Assembly (NCBI RefSeq): GCF_022846255.1
Contig: NZ_AP025682.1
DNA length: 64,000 bases
Direction: 5' to 3' (one strand)
Source of the DNA: Escherichia coli
Lineage (GTDB): Bacteria; Pseudomonadota; Gammaproteobacteria; Enterobacterales; Enterobacteriaceae
Shown: positions 44,180 to 53,881 of the stretch, piece by piece
Layout of the letters: each line of letters starts with the position of its first letter
How positions within the stretch are numbered: position 1 is the stretch's first letter
Position numbers and translations under genes: made by a program
The notes under the pieces: model-generated
The model's database searches: none
Seen by the model: the letters and a program-made list of their open reading frames with translations, nothing else
Told to the model about the DNA's origin: nothing

Positions 44180-44217
44180 AGCTTAAATCATTTACGTGAA
44201 TGATTTAAGCTTTTTTA
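44180..44217 (+). terminator. Intrinsic terminator after yehE
   Basis: Perfect 13-bp inverted repeat agcttaaatcatt / aatgatttaagct with 6-nt loop, followed by a T-run. Confidence 0.6.
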
Positions 44218-44440
44218 TTGATATTAATAATACCATTTATAGAAATCTACATTAATTAATAGATTTGATAAATATTTAATGTGCTTAAGTATTTGTTGTG
44301 TTTATATTGCAATGGTTAATTTGCTTTAAATCAATAAAACAATGTGTTTACATTGCGGCAACTTTTTGGGTGTGAGAAATTTGTTTCCAAGAGATACAGA
44401 CTCTTAACAACCAAAAATAGATTTTATTAAGGAGCATATT

Positions 44441-44983
44441 ATGAAACGTTCAATTATTGCTGCCGCTGTTTTTTCTTCTTTTTTTATGAGCGCTGGGGTA
44501 TTTGCCGCAGACGTTGATACCGGAACATTAACCATTAAAGGGAATATTGCAGAATCTCCGTGTAAATTCGAAGCAGGTGGCGATTCAGTAAGTATTAATA
44601 TGCCAACTGTACCAACTACGGTCTTTGAAGGTAAAGCTAAATACTCGACCTATGATGGTGCAGTCGGTGTAACCAGCAGCATGTTAAAAATTAGCTGTCC
44701 GAAAGAAGTTGCTGGTGTAAAACTCTCGTTGATTACCAACGATAAAATAACCGGAAACGATAAGGCGATAGCCAGTAGCAACGATACCGTGGGGTATTAT
44801 CTCTATTTAGGTGATAACAGCGATGTCCTGGATGTTTCTGCACCTTTCAACATCGAGAGTTATAAAACAGCGGACGGTCAATATGCTATTCCGTTTAAAG
44901 CAAAATACCTGAAGCTGACAGATAATTCAGTGCAATCAGGTGATGTGTTATCTTCTCTGGTTATGCGTGTGGCGCAGGATTAA
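44441..44983 (+). CDS. yehD: Fimbrial major subunit YehD (chaperone-usher pilus)
   Basis: ORF track 44441..44983; signal peptide; fimbrial subunit features; AT-rich upstream region. Confidence 0.88.
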   Translation: MKRSIIAAAVFSSFFMSAGVFAADVDTGTLTIKGNIAESPCKFEAGGDSVSINMPTVPTTVFEGKAKYSTYDGAVGVTSSMLKISCPKEVAGVKLSLITNDKITGNDKAIASSNDTVGYYLYLGDNSDVLDVSAPFNIESYKTADGQYAIPFKAKYLKLTDNSVQSGDVLSSLVMRVAQD

Positions 44984-45019
44984 TAAATAAAATTATAAAT
45001 TTTCCCAGGTAATAAACAT

Positions 45020-45050
45020 GGCCGCTATCCCCATGGCGGCCTTTTAATTT
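45020..45050 (+). terminator. Hairpin plus T-tract between yehD and yehC (partial terminator/attenuator)
   Basis: ggccgc...gcggcc stem followed by ttttaattt. Confidence 0.45.
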
Positions 45051-45063
45051 AAGAGGCATTAAG

Positions 45064-45738
45064 ATGAAAGGATTATTTGCTTTACTCATTTCTTCTATGG
45101 TCCTTCCTGCACATGCCGGTATTGTTATCTACGGGACGCGTATTATTTACCCGGCAGAAAATAAAGAAGTGATGGTGCAGTTGATGAATCAGGGAAACCG
45201 TTCTTCGCTGCTGCAGGCGTGGATTGATGATGGCGATACGTCGTTACCACCAGAAAAAATTCAGGTTCCTTTCATGTTAACGCCACCAGTGGCAAAAATA
45301 GGGGCAAATTCCGGGCAGCAAGTAAAAATTAAAATTATGCCGAATAAACTACCCACTAATAAAGAGAGTATTTTTTATCTGAATGTTCTGGATATTCCAC
45401 CAAATAGTCCAGAACAAGAAGGTAAGAATGCACTGAAGTTTGCGATGCAAAACAGAATTAAGTTGTTTTACCGGCCAGCGGGTATTGCTCCGGTAAATAA
45501 AGTGACCTTTAAAAAGTTACTGGTAAATCGCAGTGGCAATGGATTGGTGATAAAAAATGACTCAGCTAATTGGGTGACGATTTCGGATGTCAAAGCTAAT
45601 AATGTTAAAGTCAATTATGAAACTATTATGATTGCCCCCTTAGAAAGTCAGAGTGTTAATGTCAAAAGTAATAATGCAAATAACTGGCATCTGACCATTA
45701 TCGATGACCATGGCAATTATATTAGTGACAAAATTTAA
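45064..45738 (+). CDS. yehC: Periplasmic pilus chaperone YehC (PapD-like)
   Basis: ORF track 45064..45738; signal peptide; PapD-like N-terminus. Confidence 0.88.
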   Translation: MKGLFALLISSMVLPAHAGIVIYGTRIIYPAENKEVMVQLMNQGNRSSLLQAWIDDGDTSLPPEKIQVPFMLTPPVAKIGANSGQQVKIKIMPNKLPTNKESIFYLNVLDIPPNSPEQEGKNALKFAMQNRIKLFYRPAGIAPVNKVTFKKLLVNRSGNGLVIKNDSANWVTISDVKANNVKVNYETIMIAPLESQSVNVKSNNANNWHLTIIDDHGNYISDKI

Positions 45739-45753
45739 TTGCAGGAGCTGCCT

Positions 45754-48234
45754 ATGTTGAGAATGACCCCACTTGCATCAGCAATCGTAGCGTTATTGAT
45801 CGGCATTGAAGCTTATGCAGCTGAAGAAACCTTTGATACCCATTTCATGATAGGTGGAATGAAAGACCAGCAGGTTTCAAATATTCGTCTTGAAGATAAT
45901 CAGCCCTTGCCGGGGCAGTATGACATCGATATTTATGTCAATAAGCAATGGCGTGGGAAATATGAGATCTTTGTTAAAGACAACCCGCAAGAAACATGTT
46001 TATCAAGGGAAATGATCAAGCGGTTAGGCATTAATACCGATAGCTTTGCCAGCGGTAAGCAATGTTTAACATTTAAGCAACTTATTCAGGGCGGGAGCTA
46101 TACCTGGGATATCGGAGTTTTTCGTCTCGATTTCAGTGTCCCGCAGGCCTGGGTGGAAGAGCTGGAAAGTGGCTATGTTCCACCGGAAAACTGGGAGCGG
46201 GGTATTAATGCGTTTTATACCTCTTATTATGTGAGTCAGTATTACAGCGATTATAAAGCGTCCGGTAATAGCAAGAGTACATATGTACGTTTTAACAGCG
46301 GGTTAAATTTATTGGGGTGGCAACTGCATTCTGATGCCAGTTTCAGTAAAACAAATAACAATCCAGGGGGGTGGAAAAGCAATACCCTGTATCTGGAACG
46401 TGGATTTGCCCAACTTCTCGGCACGCTTCGTGTGGGTGATATGTACACATCAAGCGATATTTTTGATTCTGTTCGCTTCAGCGGTGTGCGGTTGTTTCGT
46501 GATATGCAGATGTTGCCTAACTCGAAACAAAATTTTACGCCACGGGTGCAGGGGATTGCTCAGAGTAACGCGCTGGTAACTATTGAACAGAATGGTTTTG
46601 TGGTTTATCAGAAAGAGGTTCCTCCTGGCCCGTTTGCGATTACAGATTTGCAGTTGGCCGGAGGTGGAGCAGATCTTGATATCAGCGTGAAAGAGGCGGA
46701 CGGTTCGGTAACCACCTATCTGGTGCCTTATGCAGCGGTACCAAATATGCTGCAACCCGGCGTGTCGAAATATGATTTTGCGGCGGGTCGTAGCCATATT
46801 GAAGGGGCGAGCAAACAAAGTGATTTTGTCCAGGCGGGTCATCAGTATGGTTTTAATAACTTATTAACGCTGTATGGTGGCTCGATGGTCGCGAATAATT
46901 ATTACGCGTTCACTTTGGGGACTGGCTGGAATACACGCATTGGTGCCATTTCCGTCGATGCCACGAAGTCGCATAGTAAACAAGACAACGGCGATGTGTT
47001 TGACGGGCAAAGTTATCAAATTGCCTACAACAAATTTGTGAGCCAAACGTCGACACGTTTTGGTCTGGCGGCCTGGCGTTATTCGTCGCGTGATTATCGG
47101 ACATTTAATGATCACGTATGGGCAAACAATAAAGATAATTATCGCCGTGATGAAAACGATATCTATGACATTGCCGATTATTACCAGAACGATTTTGGCC
47201 GTAAAAATAGCTTCTCTGCCAATATGAGTCAGTCATTGCCAGAAGGCTGGGGTTCTGTGTCCTTAAGTACGTTATGGCGAGATTACTGGGGGCGTAGCGG
47301 CAGCAGTAAGGATTATCAGTTGAGTTATTCCAACAACCTGCGAAGGATAAGCTATACCCTCGCGGCAAGCCATGCTTATGACGAGAATCATCATGAAGAG
47401 AAACGTTTTAATATTTTTATATCGATTCCCTTTGATTGGGGTGATGACGTTACGACGCCTCGTCGGCAAATATATATGTCTAACTCAACGACGTTTGATG
47501 ATCAGGGGGTTGCCTCAAATAATACGGGATTATCAGGAACCGTTGGAAGCCGGGATCAGTTTAACTATGGGGTCAACCTGAGTTATCAGTATCAGGGAAA
47601 TGAAACGACAGCTGGGGCGAATTTAACCTGGAACGCGCCGGTTGCGACAGTGAATGGCAGTTATAGTCAGTCGAGTGCTTATCGACAGGCTGGAGCCAGT
47701 GTTTCAGGGGGCATTGTCGCCTGGTCGGGTGGCGTTAATCTGGCAAACCGTCTTTCTGAAACGTTTGCTGTGATGAATGCGCCAGGAATTAAAGATGCTT
47801 ATGTCAATGGGCAAAAATATCGCACAACAAACCGTAATGGAGTGGTGGTATACGACGGAATGACACCTTATCGGGAAAATTACCTGATGTTGGATGTGTC
47901 ACAAAGCGATAGCGAAGCAGAATTACGTGGCAACCGGAAAATTGCCGCCCCTTATCGCGGCGCGGTTGTACTGGTTAATTTTGATACCGATCAGCGCAAG
48001 CCATGGTTTATAAAAGCATTAAGAGCGGATGGGCAACCATTAACGTTTGGTTATGAAGTCAATGATATCCATGGTCATAATATTGGTGTTGTCGGCCAGG
48101 GAAGCCAGTTATTTATTCGCACCAATGAAGTACCGCCATCGGTTAATGTGGCAATTGATAAGCAACAAGGGCTTTCATGCACAATCACCTTCGGTAAAGA
48201 GATTGATGAAAGTAAAAATTATATTTGCCAGTAA
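45754..48234 (+). CDS. yehB: Outer-membrane fimbrial usher YehB (826 aa)
   Basis: ORF track 45739..48234; start at MLRMTPLASAIVALL; size and composition typical of ushers. Confidence 0.9.
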   Translation: MLRMTPLASAIVALLIGIEAYAAEETFDTHFMIGGMKDQQVSNIRLEDNQPLPGQYDIDIYVNKQWRGKYEIFVKDNPQETCLSREMIKRLGINTDSFASGKQCLTFKQLIQGGSYTWDIGVFRLDFSVPQAWVEELESGYVPPENWERGINAFYTSYYVSQYYSDYKASGNSKSTYVRFNSGLNLLGWQLHSDASFSKTNNNPGGWKSNTLYLERGFAQLLGTLRVGDMYTSSDIFDSVRFSGVRLFRDMQMLPNSKQNFTPRVQGIAQSNALVTIEQNGFVVYQKEVPPGPFAITDLQLAGGGADLDISVKEADGSVTTYLVPYAAVPNMLQPGVSKYDFAAGRSHIEGASKQSDFVQAGHQYGFNNLLTLYGGSMVANNYYAFTLGTGWNTRIGAISVDATKSHSKQDNGDVFDGQSYQIAYNKFVSQTSTRFGLAAWRYSSRDYRTFNDHVWANNKDNYRRDENDIYDIADYYQNDFGRKNSFSANMSQSLPEGWGSVSLSTLWRDYWGRSGSSKDYQLSYSNNLRRISYTLAASHAYDENHHEEKRFNIFISIPFDWGDDVTTPRRQIYMSNSTTFDDQGVASNNTGLSGTVGSRDQFNYGVNLSYQYQGNETTAGANLTWNAPVATVNGSYSQSSAYRQAGASVSGGIVAWSGGVNLANRLSETFAVMNAPGIKDAYVNGQKYRTTNRNGVVVYDGMTPYRENYLMLDVSQSDSEAELRGNRKIAAPYRGAVVLVNFDTDQRKPWFIKALRADGQPLTFGYEVNDIHGHNIGVVGQGSQLFIRTNEVPPSVNVAIDKQQGLSCTITFGKEIDESKNYICQ

Positions 48235-48249
48235 TAGTCAGGTGGTTCT

Positions 48250-49284
48250 ATGGAAATTCGCATAATGCTATTTATAGTAATGATGATGGTTATGCCTGTG
48301 AGCTATGCGGCATGTTATAGTGAGTTATCTGTTCAGCACAATTTGGTTGTTCAGGGGGATTTTGCACTTACTCAAACACAAATGGCGACCTATGAGCATA
48401 ATTTTAATGATTCGTCATGCGTGAGTACAAATACTATCACACCTATGAGCCCGTCGGATATTATTGTTGGACTTTATAACGATACCATTAAATTAAATTT
48501 ACATTTTGAATGGACCAATAAAAACAACATTACGTTGTCAAATAATCAGACCAGTTTCACCAGTGGTTATTCGGTGACGGTGACACCTGCGGCCAGTAAT
48601 GCAAAAGTGAATGTTTCTGCGGGGGGCGGGGGTTCAGTGATGATTAATGGAGTTGCGACATTATCCAGTGCTTCATCATCGACACGCGGGAGTGCCGCAG
48701 TACAATTTCTACTGTGTTTATTAGGTGGTAAGTCATGGGATGCATGTGTAAATAGCTACAGAAATGCATTGGCACAAAATGCAGGTGTCTATTCCTTTAA
48801 TCTGACATTGTCATACAACCCGATAACCACAACCTGCAAACCGGACGATTTATTAATTACGTTAGAGAGTATTCCCGTTTCACAATTACCAGCCACAGGT
48901 AACAAAACAACAATAAATAGTAAAAAAGGGGATATTATTCTGCGTTGTAAAAATTTATTAGGTCAACAAAATCAAACATCACGGAAAATGCAGGTGTATT
49001 TATCAAGTTCTGATTTGTTAGCCGGCAGTAACACGATCCTGAAAGGTGCAGAAGATAATGGAGTCGGATTTATGCTTGAAAGCAATAGTTCGCCAGTCAC
49101 ATTTTTAAATATCACTGATAACAGCAAAGGGTACACAAATTTAAAAGAAATTGCGGCGAAGTCAAAAATTACAGATACAACGGTCTCAATTCCAGTAACT
49201 GCCAGTTACTATGTTTATGATAAAAATAAAGTAAAATCTGGTGCAATACAGGCAACCGCATTAATCAACGTGAAATACGACTAA
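48250..49284 (+). CDS. yehA: Fimbrial adhesin-like protein YehA (344 aa)
   Basis: ORF track 48250..49284; signal peptide; AT-rich, Asn/Ser/Thr-rich tip-adhesin-like protein. Confidence 0.85.
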   Translation: MEIRIMLFIVMMMVMPVSYAACYSELSVQHNLVVQGDFALTQTQMATYEHNFNDSSCVSTNTITPMSPSDIIVGLYNDTIKLNLHFEWTNKNNITLSNNQTSFTSGYSVTVTPAASNAKVNVSAGGGGSVMINGVATLSSASSSTRGSAAVQFLLCLLGGKSWDACVNSYRNALAQNAGVYSFNLTLSYNPITTTCKPDDLLITLESIPVSQLPATGNKTTINSKKGDIILRCKNLLGQQNQTSRKMQVYLSSSDLLAGSNTILKGAEDNGVGFMLESNSSPVTFLNITDNSKGYTNLKEIAAKSKITDTTVSIPVTASYYVYDKNKVKSGAIQATALINVKYD

Positions 49285-49340
49285 TAACAAGCAAGACGAG
49301 CAAGTGGCTAATAATAAAAAATAACAAGGTGTCTGCATTT

Positions 49341-49367
49341 CCCCCTCATGATGAGGGGGCTTTTTTT
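49341..49367 (+). terminator. Intrinsic terminator after yehA
   Basis: ccccctcat-g-atgaggggg palindrome followed by c and seven T. Confidence 0.7.
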
Positions 49368-49704
49368 AGCGATGATAAAAAATCTCACCGTCGTAGGCTT
49401 TAATGATTTTACCGTCGGTGTCGCTGATCAACACGTACGCGCCACCCATATAGGTCCAGTGCGTCCCGGCATCAGGCGCGGGCAGGTTACGTAACTGCCA
49501 CTGCTTAATGTTGTACTCATCGGTACGGTACATTTCTGGTACGGTGTCACCTGGTTTGAAATGCTTAAAGTCAGCAATGAAACTGCTTAACTCATACTTA
49601 GAAATTCCCGAGGTATTGGTCGAACCCGCGGTGGCTGGTGCGGCCCAGGCGGCACTGGTAACCAGCAAAAGCGCACCCAGCAACATCTTATTTTTAATGG
49701 TCAT
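49366..49704 (-). CDS. rcnB: Periplasmic nickel/cobalt homeostasis protein RcnB (112 aa)
   Basis: ORF track 49366..49884; start at MTIKNKMLLGALLLVTSAAWA (signal peptide). Confidence 0.85.
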   Translation of the reverse strand: MTIKNKMLLGALLLVTSAAWAAPATAGSTNTSGISKYELSSFIADFKHFKPGDTVPEMYRTDEYNIKQWQLRNLPAPDAGTHWTYMGGAYVLISDTDGKIIKAYDGEIFYHR

Positions 49705-49922
49705 AAACTCTCCACTTTGGGGATCTGTAATATCAGTCGCATATCTTTCCTGCCATACAATATAACTGACAAGCGATATTTTGTTAGTGATCCCATGATT
49801 TCGTAAAAAGTGTAAATGAAAGGATGCCCTAAAAGCATCCTTAGCGAGCAGAGAGTCAGCGGAAATAGCTGATTTAAGAATCATCCTGGGCTGAAGATAA
49901 CATGCAAGCCTAAAGGATTGAG

Positions 49923-50747
49923 TTATCGCATTATGCCCATGAAGCCATGTACGCCCATATACACACCAACTAAGCCAATCAACAGACTGGAAAAATAGGG
50001 AGCGCGTTTAGCGAGAGTGTTAAATCCGCTCCAGCGTTTTGCGACCTGCTGAACGCTGATTGCTGCGCCAACGCCTACGGTGACAAGCGTTAACGCCAGG
50101 CCGAGGCTGAAACTGACGACCAGTGTTGCGCCCAGTGTCAGGGCTTTCAACTGAATGCAAATCAACAGCACGGTAATTGCTGCCGGGCAGGGGATAAGGC
50201 CACCGGTTAAGCCAAATAGCAAAATTTGCCAGTTGGTGACCTCTCTACCATCAAAGCGTCGTTTAATGTCATTGGCATGGGCTCGTGCATGGGCATCCTG
50301 ATACTCGCCATGTTCGTGATGGTGATGATGTCCATGGTCGTGGTGATCTTCGTGATCGTGGTGATGATGCTCATGATCATGCTCGTGCATATTCTCCAGC
50401 CAGTTGCGTTCGCCGCGCCAGGTACGCCAGAACATCCAGAACGCGGTGCTAATAATGATCACTGCGGAAATCAACTGGAGCCACGGTTCTGCTGATTGAG
50501 CAGTAAAGCGTTTGCTGATCACCATCCCGCCAAAGGCAATTAACCAGACCACTGCGGTATGCGAAATAGTTGCTGCCAGTCCGAGCATCACCGCCTGTTT
50601 AATGGTGCCTTTGATGGCGATGATAAACGCCGCCATCATCGCTTTTGAGTGCCCCGGTTCCAGGCCATGAAGCGCACCAAGTAAGATGGCGCTGGGGATG
50701 AAGAACCAGGCGTTTCCTTGCTGAAGAAGTGTTGTAAATTCGGTCAT
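49923..50747 (-). CDS. rcnA: Nickel/cobalt efflux protein RcnA (274 aa) with His-rich loop
   Basis: ORF track 49923..50747; His/Asp/Glu-rich loop HEHDHEHHHHDHEDHHDHGHHHHHEHGE. Confidence 0.92.
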   Translation of the reverse strand: MTEFTTLLQQGNAWFFIPSAILLGALHGLEPGHSKAMMAAFIIAIKGTIKQAVMLGLAATISHTAVVWLIAFGGMVISKRFTAQSAEPWLQLISAVIIISTAFWMFWRTWRGERNWLENMHEHDHEHHHHDHEDHHDHGHHHHHEHGEYQDAHARAHANDIKRRFDGREVTNWQILLFGLTGGLIPCPAAITVLLICIQLKALTLGATLVVSFSLGLALTLVTVGVGAAISVQQVAKRWSGFNTLAKRAPYFSSLLIGLVGVYMGVHGFMGIMR

Positions 50748-50784
50748 GATAATAATTCTTAGTATTAATTCGGCAATCTGATTC

Positions 50785-50819
50785 TACTCCCCCCCAGTAC
50801 CTGATACTACCCCCCAGTA
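50785..50819. promoter_or_regulatory. Tandem RcnR operator sites (TACT-G6-N-AGTA type) in the rcnA-rcnR divergent promoter region
   Basis: tactcccccccagta (50785-50799) and tactaccccccagta (50805-50819); reverse complements read TACT-G7-AGTA and TACT-G6-T-AGTA. Confidence 0.7.
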
Positions 50820-50867
50820 GATTAATAGTGCTATGATTTTTCATATTCTTGTTAACCAGGTGTTGCC

Positions 50868-51140
50868 ATGTCTCATACAATCCGTGATAAACAGAAACTG
50901 AAAGCGCGTGCCAGTAAGATTCAGGGCCAGGTCGTGGCGCTCAAGAAAATGCTCGACGAGCCGCACGAATGCGCTGCAGTTTTACAACAGATTGCTGCTA
51001 TCCGTGGCGCGGTGAACGGTCTGATGCGGGAAGTGATTAAAGGTCATCTGACGGAACACATCGTTCACCAGGGGGATGAGCTAAAACGTGAAGAAGATCT
51101 GGATGTCGTTCTGAAGGTGCTGGATTCATATATCAAATAA
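50868..51140 (+). CDS. rcnR: Ni/Co-responsive repressor RcnR (CsoR/RcnR family, 90 aa)
   Basis: ORF track 50868..51140; [21 protein letters not shown]... Confidence 0.92.
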
Positions 51141-51235
51141 TTTATTAACGCGATTGTAAAACTGCCGTTTTTCCTCGTTTACAACGCGTGCGCTGGACAT
51201 TACCATCCTCCTTTGCGATTTATCATCGCAACCAA

Positions 51236-51362
51236 ACGACTCGGGGTGCCCTTCTGCGTGAAGGCTGAGAAATACCCGTATCACCTGATCTGGATAATGC
51301 CAGCGTAGGGAAGTCACGGACCACCAGGTCATTGCTTCTTCACGTTATGGCAGGAGCAAACT
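51236..51362 (+). ncRNA. TPP (THI-box) riboswitch in the thiM leader
   Basis: Conserved THI-element segments ggggtgccc...ctgagaaatacccgtatcacctgatctggataatgccagcgtaggga immediately upstream of the thiM start, with the SD caggagcaaa in the expression platform. Confidence 0.8.
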
Positions 51363-52151
51363 ATGCAAGTCGACCTGCTGAGTTCAGCGCAATCTGCGCA
51401 CGCGTTACACCTTTTTCACCAACATTCCCCTCTTGTGCACTGTATGACCAACGATGTGGTGCAAACCTTTACTGCCAATACCTTGCTGGCGCTCGGTGCA
51501 TCGCCAGCGATGGTTATCGAAACCGAAGAAGCCAGTCAGTTTGCGGCTATCGCCAGTGCGTTGCTGATTAACGTTGGCACACTGACGCAGCCACGAGCGC
51601 AAGCGATGAGTGCTGCCGTTGAGCAAGCAACACGATCACAAACGCCCTGGACGCTTGATCCGGTTGCGGTTGGTGCGCTCGATTATCGCCGCCGTTTTTG
51701 TGTGGAACTTCTGTCCCATAAGCCAACCGCCATACGTGGTAATGCTTCGGAAATCATGGCATTAGCTGGCGTTGCTAATGGTGGACGGGGAGTGGATACC
51801 ACTGATGCCGCAGCTAACGCGATACCCGCTGCACAAACACTGGCACGGGAAACTGGCGCAATCGTCGTGGTCACTGGCGAGGTGGATTATGTTACCGATG
51901 GACATCGTATCATTGGCATTCACGGTGGCGATCCGTTAATGACCAAAGTGGTAGGAACTGGCTGTGCACTATCGGCGGTTGTCGCTGCCTGTTGTGCGCT
52001 ACCAGGCGATACGCTGGAAAATATCGCATCTGCCTGTCACTGGATGAAACAAGCCGGAGAACGCGCAGTCGCCAGAAGCGAGGGGCCAGGTAGTTTTGTT
52101 CCACATTTCCTTGATGCGCTCTGGCAATTGGCGCAGGAGGTGCAGGCATGA
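51363..52151 (+). CDS. thiM: Hydroxyethylthiazole kinase
   Basis: ORF track 51363..52151; recognised as ThiM (262 aa). Confidence 0.92.
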   Translation: MQVDLLSSAQSAHALHLFHQHSPLVHCMTNDVVQTFTANTLLALGASPAMVIETEEASQFAAIASALLINVGTLTQPRAQAMSAAVEQATRSQTPWTLDPVAVGALDYRRRFCVELLSHKPTAIRGNASEIMALAGVANGGRGVDTTDAAANAIPAAQTLARETGAIVVVTGEVDYVTDGHRIIGIHGGDPLMTKVVGTGCALSAVVAACCALPGDTLENIASACHWMKQAGERAVARSEGPGSFVPHFLDALWQLAQEVQA

Positions 52152-52948
52152 AACGAATTAACGCTCTGACGATTGCCGGTACTGATCCGAGTGGTGGTGC
52201 GGGGATTCAGGCCGATCTTAAAACCTTCTCGGCACTTGGCGCTTATGGTTGCTCAGTGATTACTGCACTAGTGGCGCAAAATACCCGTGGCGTACAGTCG
52301 GTGTATCGCATTGAGCTTGATTTTGTCGCCGCCCAGCTCGATTCGGTGTTCAGCGATGTGCGAATCGACACCACTAAAATCGGTATGTTGGCGGAAACCG
52401 ATATTGTTGAAGCGGTGGCAGAACGGTTGCAACGTTATCAGATCCAAAACGTGGTACTCGACACCGTTATGCTGGCAAAAAGCGGCGACCCGCTGCTTTC
52501 ACCTTCGGCAGTTGCCACGCTACGCAGTCGATTATTGCCACAGGTTTCATTAATAACGCCAAACTTGCCCGAAGCAGCCGCCTTGCTCGACGCGCCACAC
52601 GCGCGCACCGAACAGGAAATGCTGGAACAAGGGCGATCGCTGTTGGCGATGGGCTGTGGCGCAGTGCTAATGAAAGGTGGTCATCTGGATGATGAGCAAA
52701 GCCCGGACTGGCTGTTTACCCGCGAGGGTGAACAACGGTTTACCGCACAGCGCATTATGACCAAAAACACTCACGGCACTGGTTGTACGCTCTCTGCGGC
52801 GTTGGCTGCACTGCGCCCGCGCCATACAAACTGGGCTGACACCGTACAGGAGGCAAAAAGCTGGCTTTCATCGGCGTTAGCCCAGGCCGACACGCTGGAA
52901 GTTGGTCACGGTATTGGTCCGGTTCACCACTTCCACGCCTGGTGGTGA
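52148..52948 (+). CDS. thiD: Hydroxymethylpyrimidine/phosphomethylpyrimidine kinase
   Basis: ORF track 52148..52948; ATGA overlap with thiM; recognised as ThiD (266 aa). Confidence 0.92.
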   Translation: MKRINALTIAGTDPSGGAGIQADLKTFSALGAYGCSVITALVAQNTRGVQSVYRIELDFVAAQLDSVFSDVRIDTTKIGMLAETDIVEAVAERLQRYQIQNVVLDTVMLAKSGDPLLSPSAVATLRSRLLPQVSLITPNLPEAAALLDAPHARTEQEMLEQGRSLLAMGCGAVLMKGGHLDDEQSPDWLFTREGEQRFTAQRIMTKNTHGTGCTLSAALAALRPRHTNWADTVQEAKSWLSSALAQADTLEVGHGIGPVHHFHAWW

Positions 52949-53003
52949 GCACCGTACTATAGCTGCTTTGGTTATTGTCAGCCTTTGGCACTGACATTCA
53001 GGG

Positions 53004-53834
53004 ATGAAACCAATGCAGCTAAGAATCACCAGTCGAAAAAAACTCATCGCTTTATTATGCGCTCTTGGGCTAATATCCATCGTTGCGATTCATCCGCGTC
53101 AGACGGTGAATTTTTTCTATTCGACAGCAGTTCAGATTAAAGACTACATCCACTTCTACGGTTATCGCCCGGTTAAATCTTTCGCTATTCGCATTCCTGC
53201 CAGTTACACCATTCACGGAATAGATGTTTCGCGCTGGCAGGAACGGATCGACTGGCAGCGGGTGGCAAAAATGCGCGATAACGGTATTCGCTTACAATTT
53301 GCCTTTATTAAGGCGACGGAAGGCGAAAAGCTGGTGGACCCCTATTTTTCGCGTAACTGGCAACTAAGCCGCGAAAATGGCCTGCTGCGCGGGGCGTATC
53401 ATTATTTTTCCCCGTCGGTATCCGCTTCAGTTCAGGCGCGATTATTTCTGCAAACGGTGGATTTCTCACAAGGCGATTTCCCTGCGGTACTGGACGTAGA
53501 AGAGCGAGGAAAATTATCGGCAAAAGAATTACGCAAGCGGGTAAGTCAGTGGCTAAAAATGGTCGAAAAACGTACGGGAAAAAAGCCAATTATTTACTCA
53601 GGAGCCGTTTTTTATCACACCAATCTGGCGGGCTATTTCAATGAATATCCGTGGTGGGTGGCTCACTATTATCAACGTCGCCCGGACAATGACGGCATGG
53701 CCTGGCGCTTCTGGCAGCATTCCGACCGTGGGCAGGTCGATGGCATTAATGGTCCGGTGGATTTTAATGTGTTTAATGGCACAGAGGAGGAGTTGAGGGA
53801 TTCGTTGATGGGATTAAAGAAACGCCTTAAATAA
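53004..53834 (+). CDS. yegX: GH25 lysozyme-family glycosyl hydrolase YegX
   Basis: ORF track 53004..53834 (alternative start at 53013, MQLRITSRKK); GH25 motifs (GIDVSRWQERIDW, FAFIKATEG). Confidence 0.85.
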   Translation: MKPMQLRITSRKKLIALLCALGLISIVAIHPRQTVNFFYSTAVQIKDYIHFYGYRPVKSFAIRIPASYTIHGIDVSRWQERIDWQRVAKMRDNGIRLQFAFIKATEGEKLVDPYFSRNWQLSRENGLLRGAYHYFSPSVSASVQARLFLQTVDFSQGDFPAVLDVEERGKLSAKELRKRVSQWLKMVEKRTGKKPIIYSGAVFYHTNLAGYFNEYPWWVAHYYQRRPDNDGMAWRFWQHSDRGQVDGINGPVDFNVFNGTEEELRDSLMGLKKRLK

Positions 53835-53881
53835 GAAGCAGTGATATACTCCTACCAGACTCCCCGGCAGGAAAAAGACAA

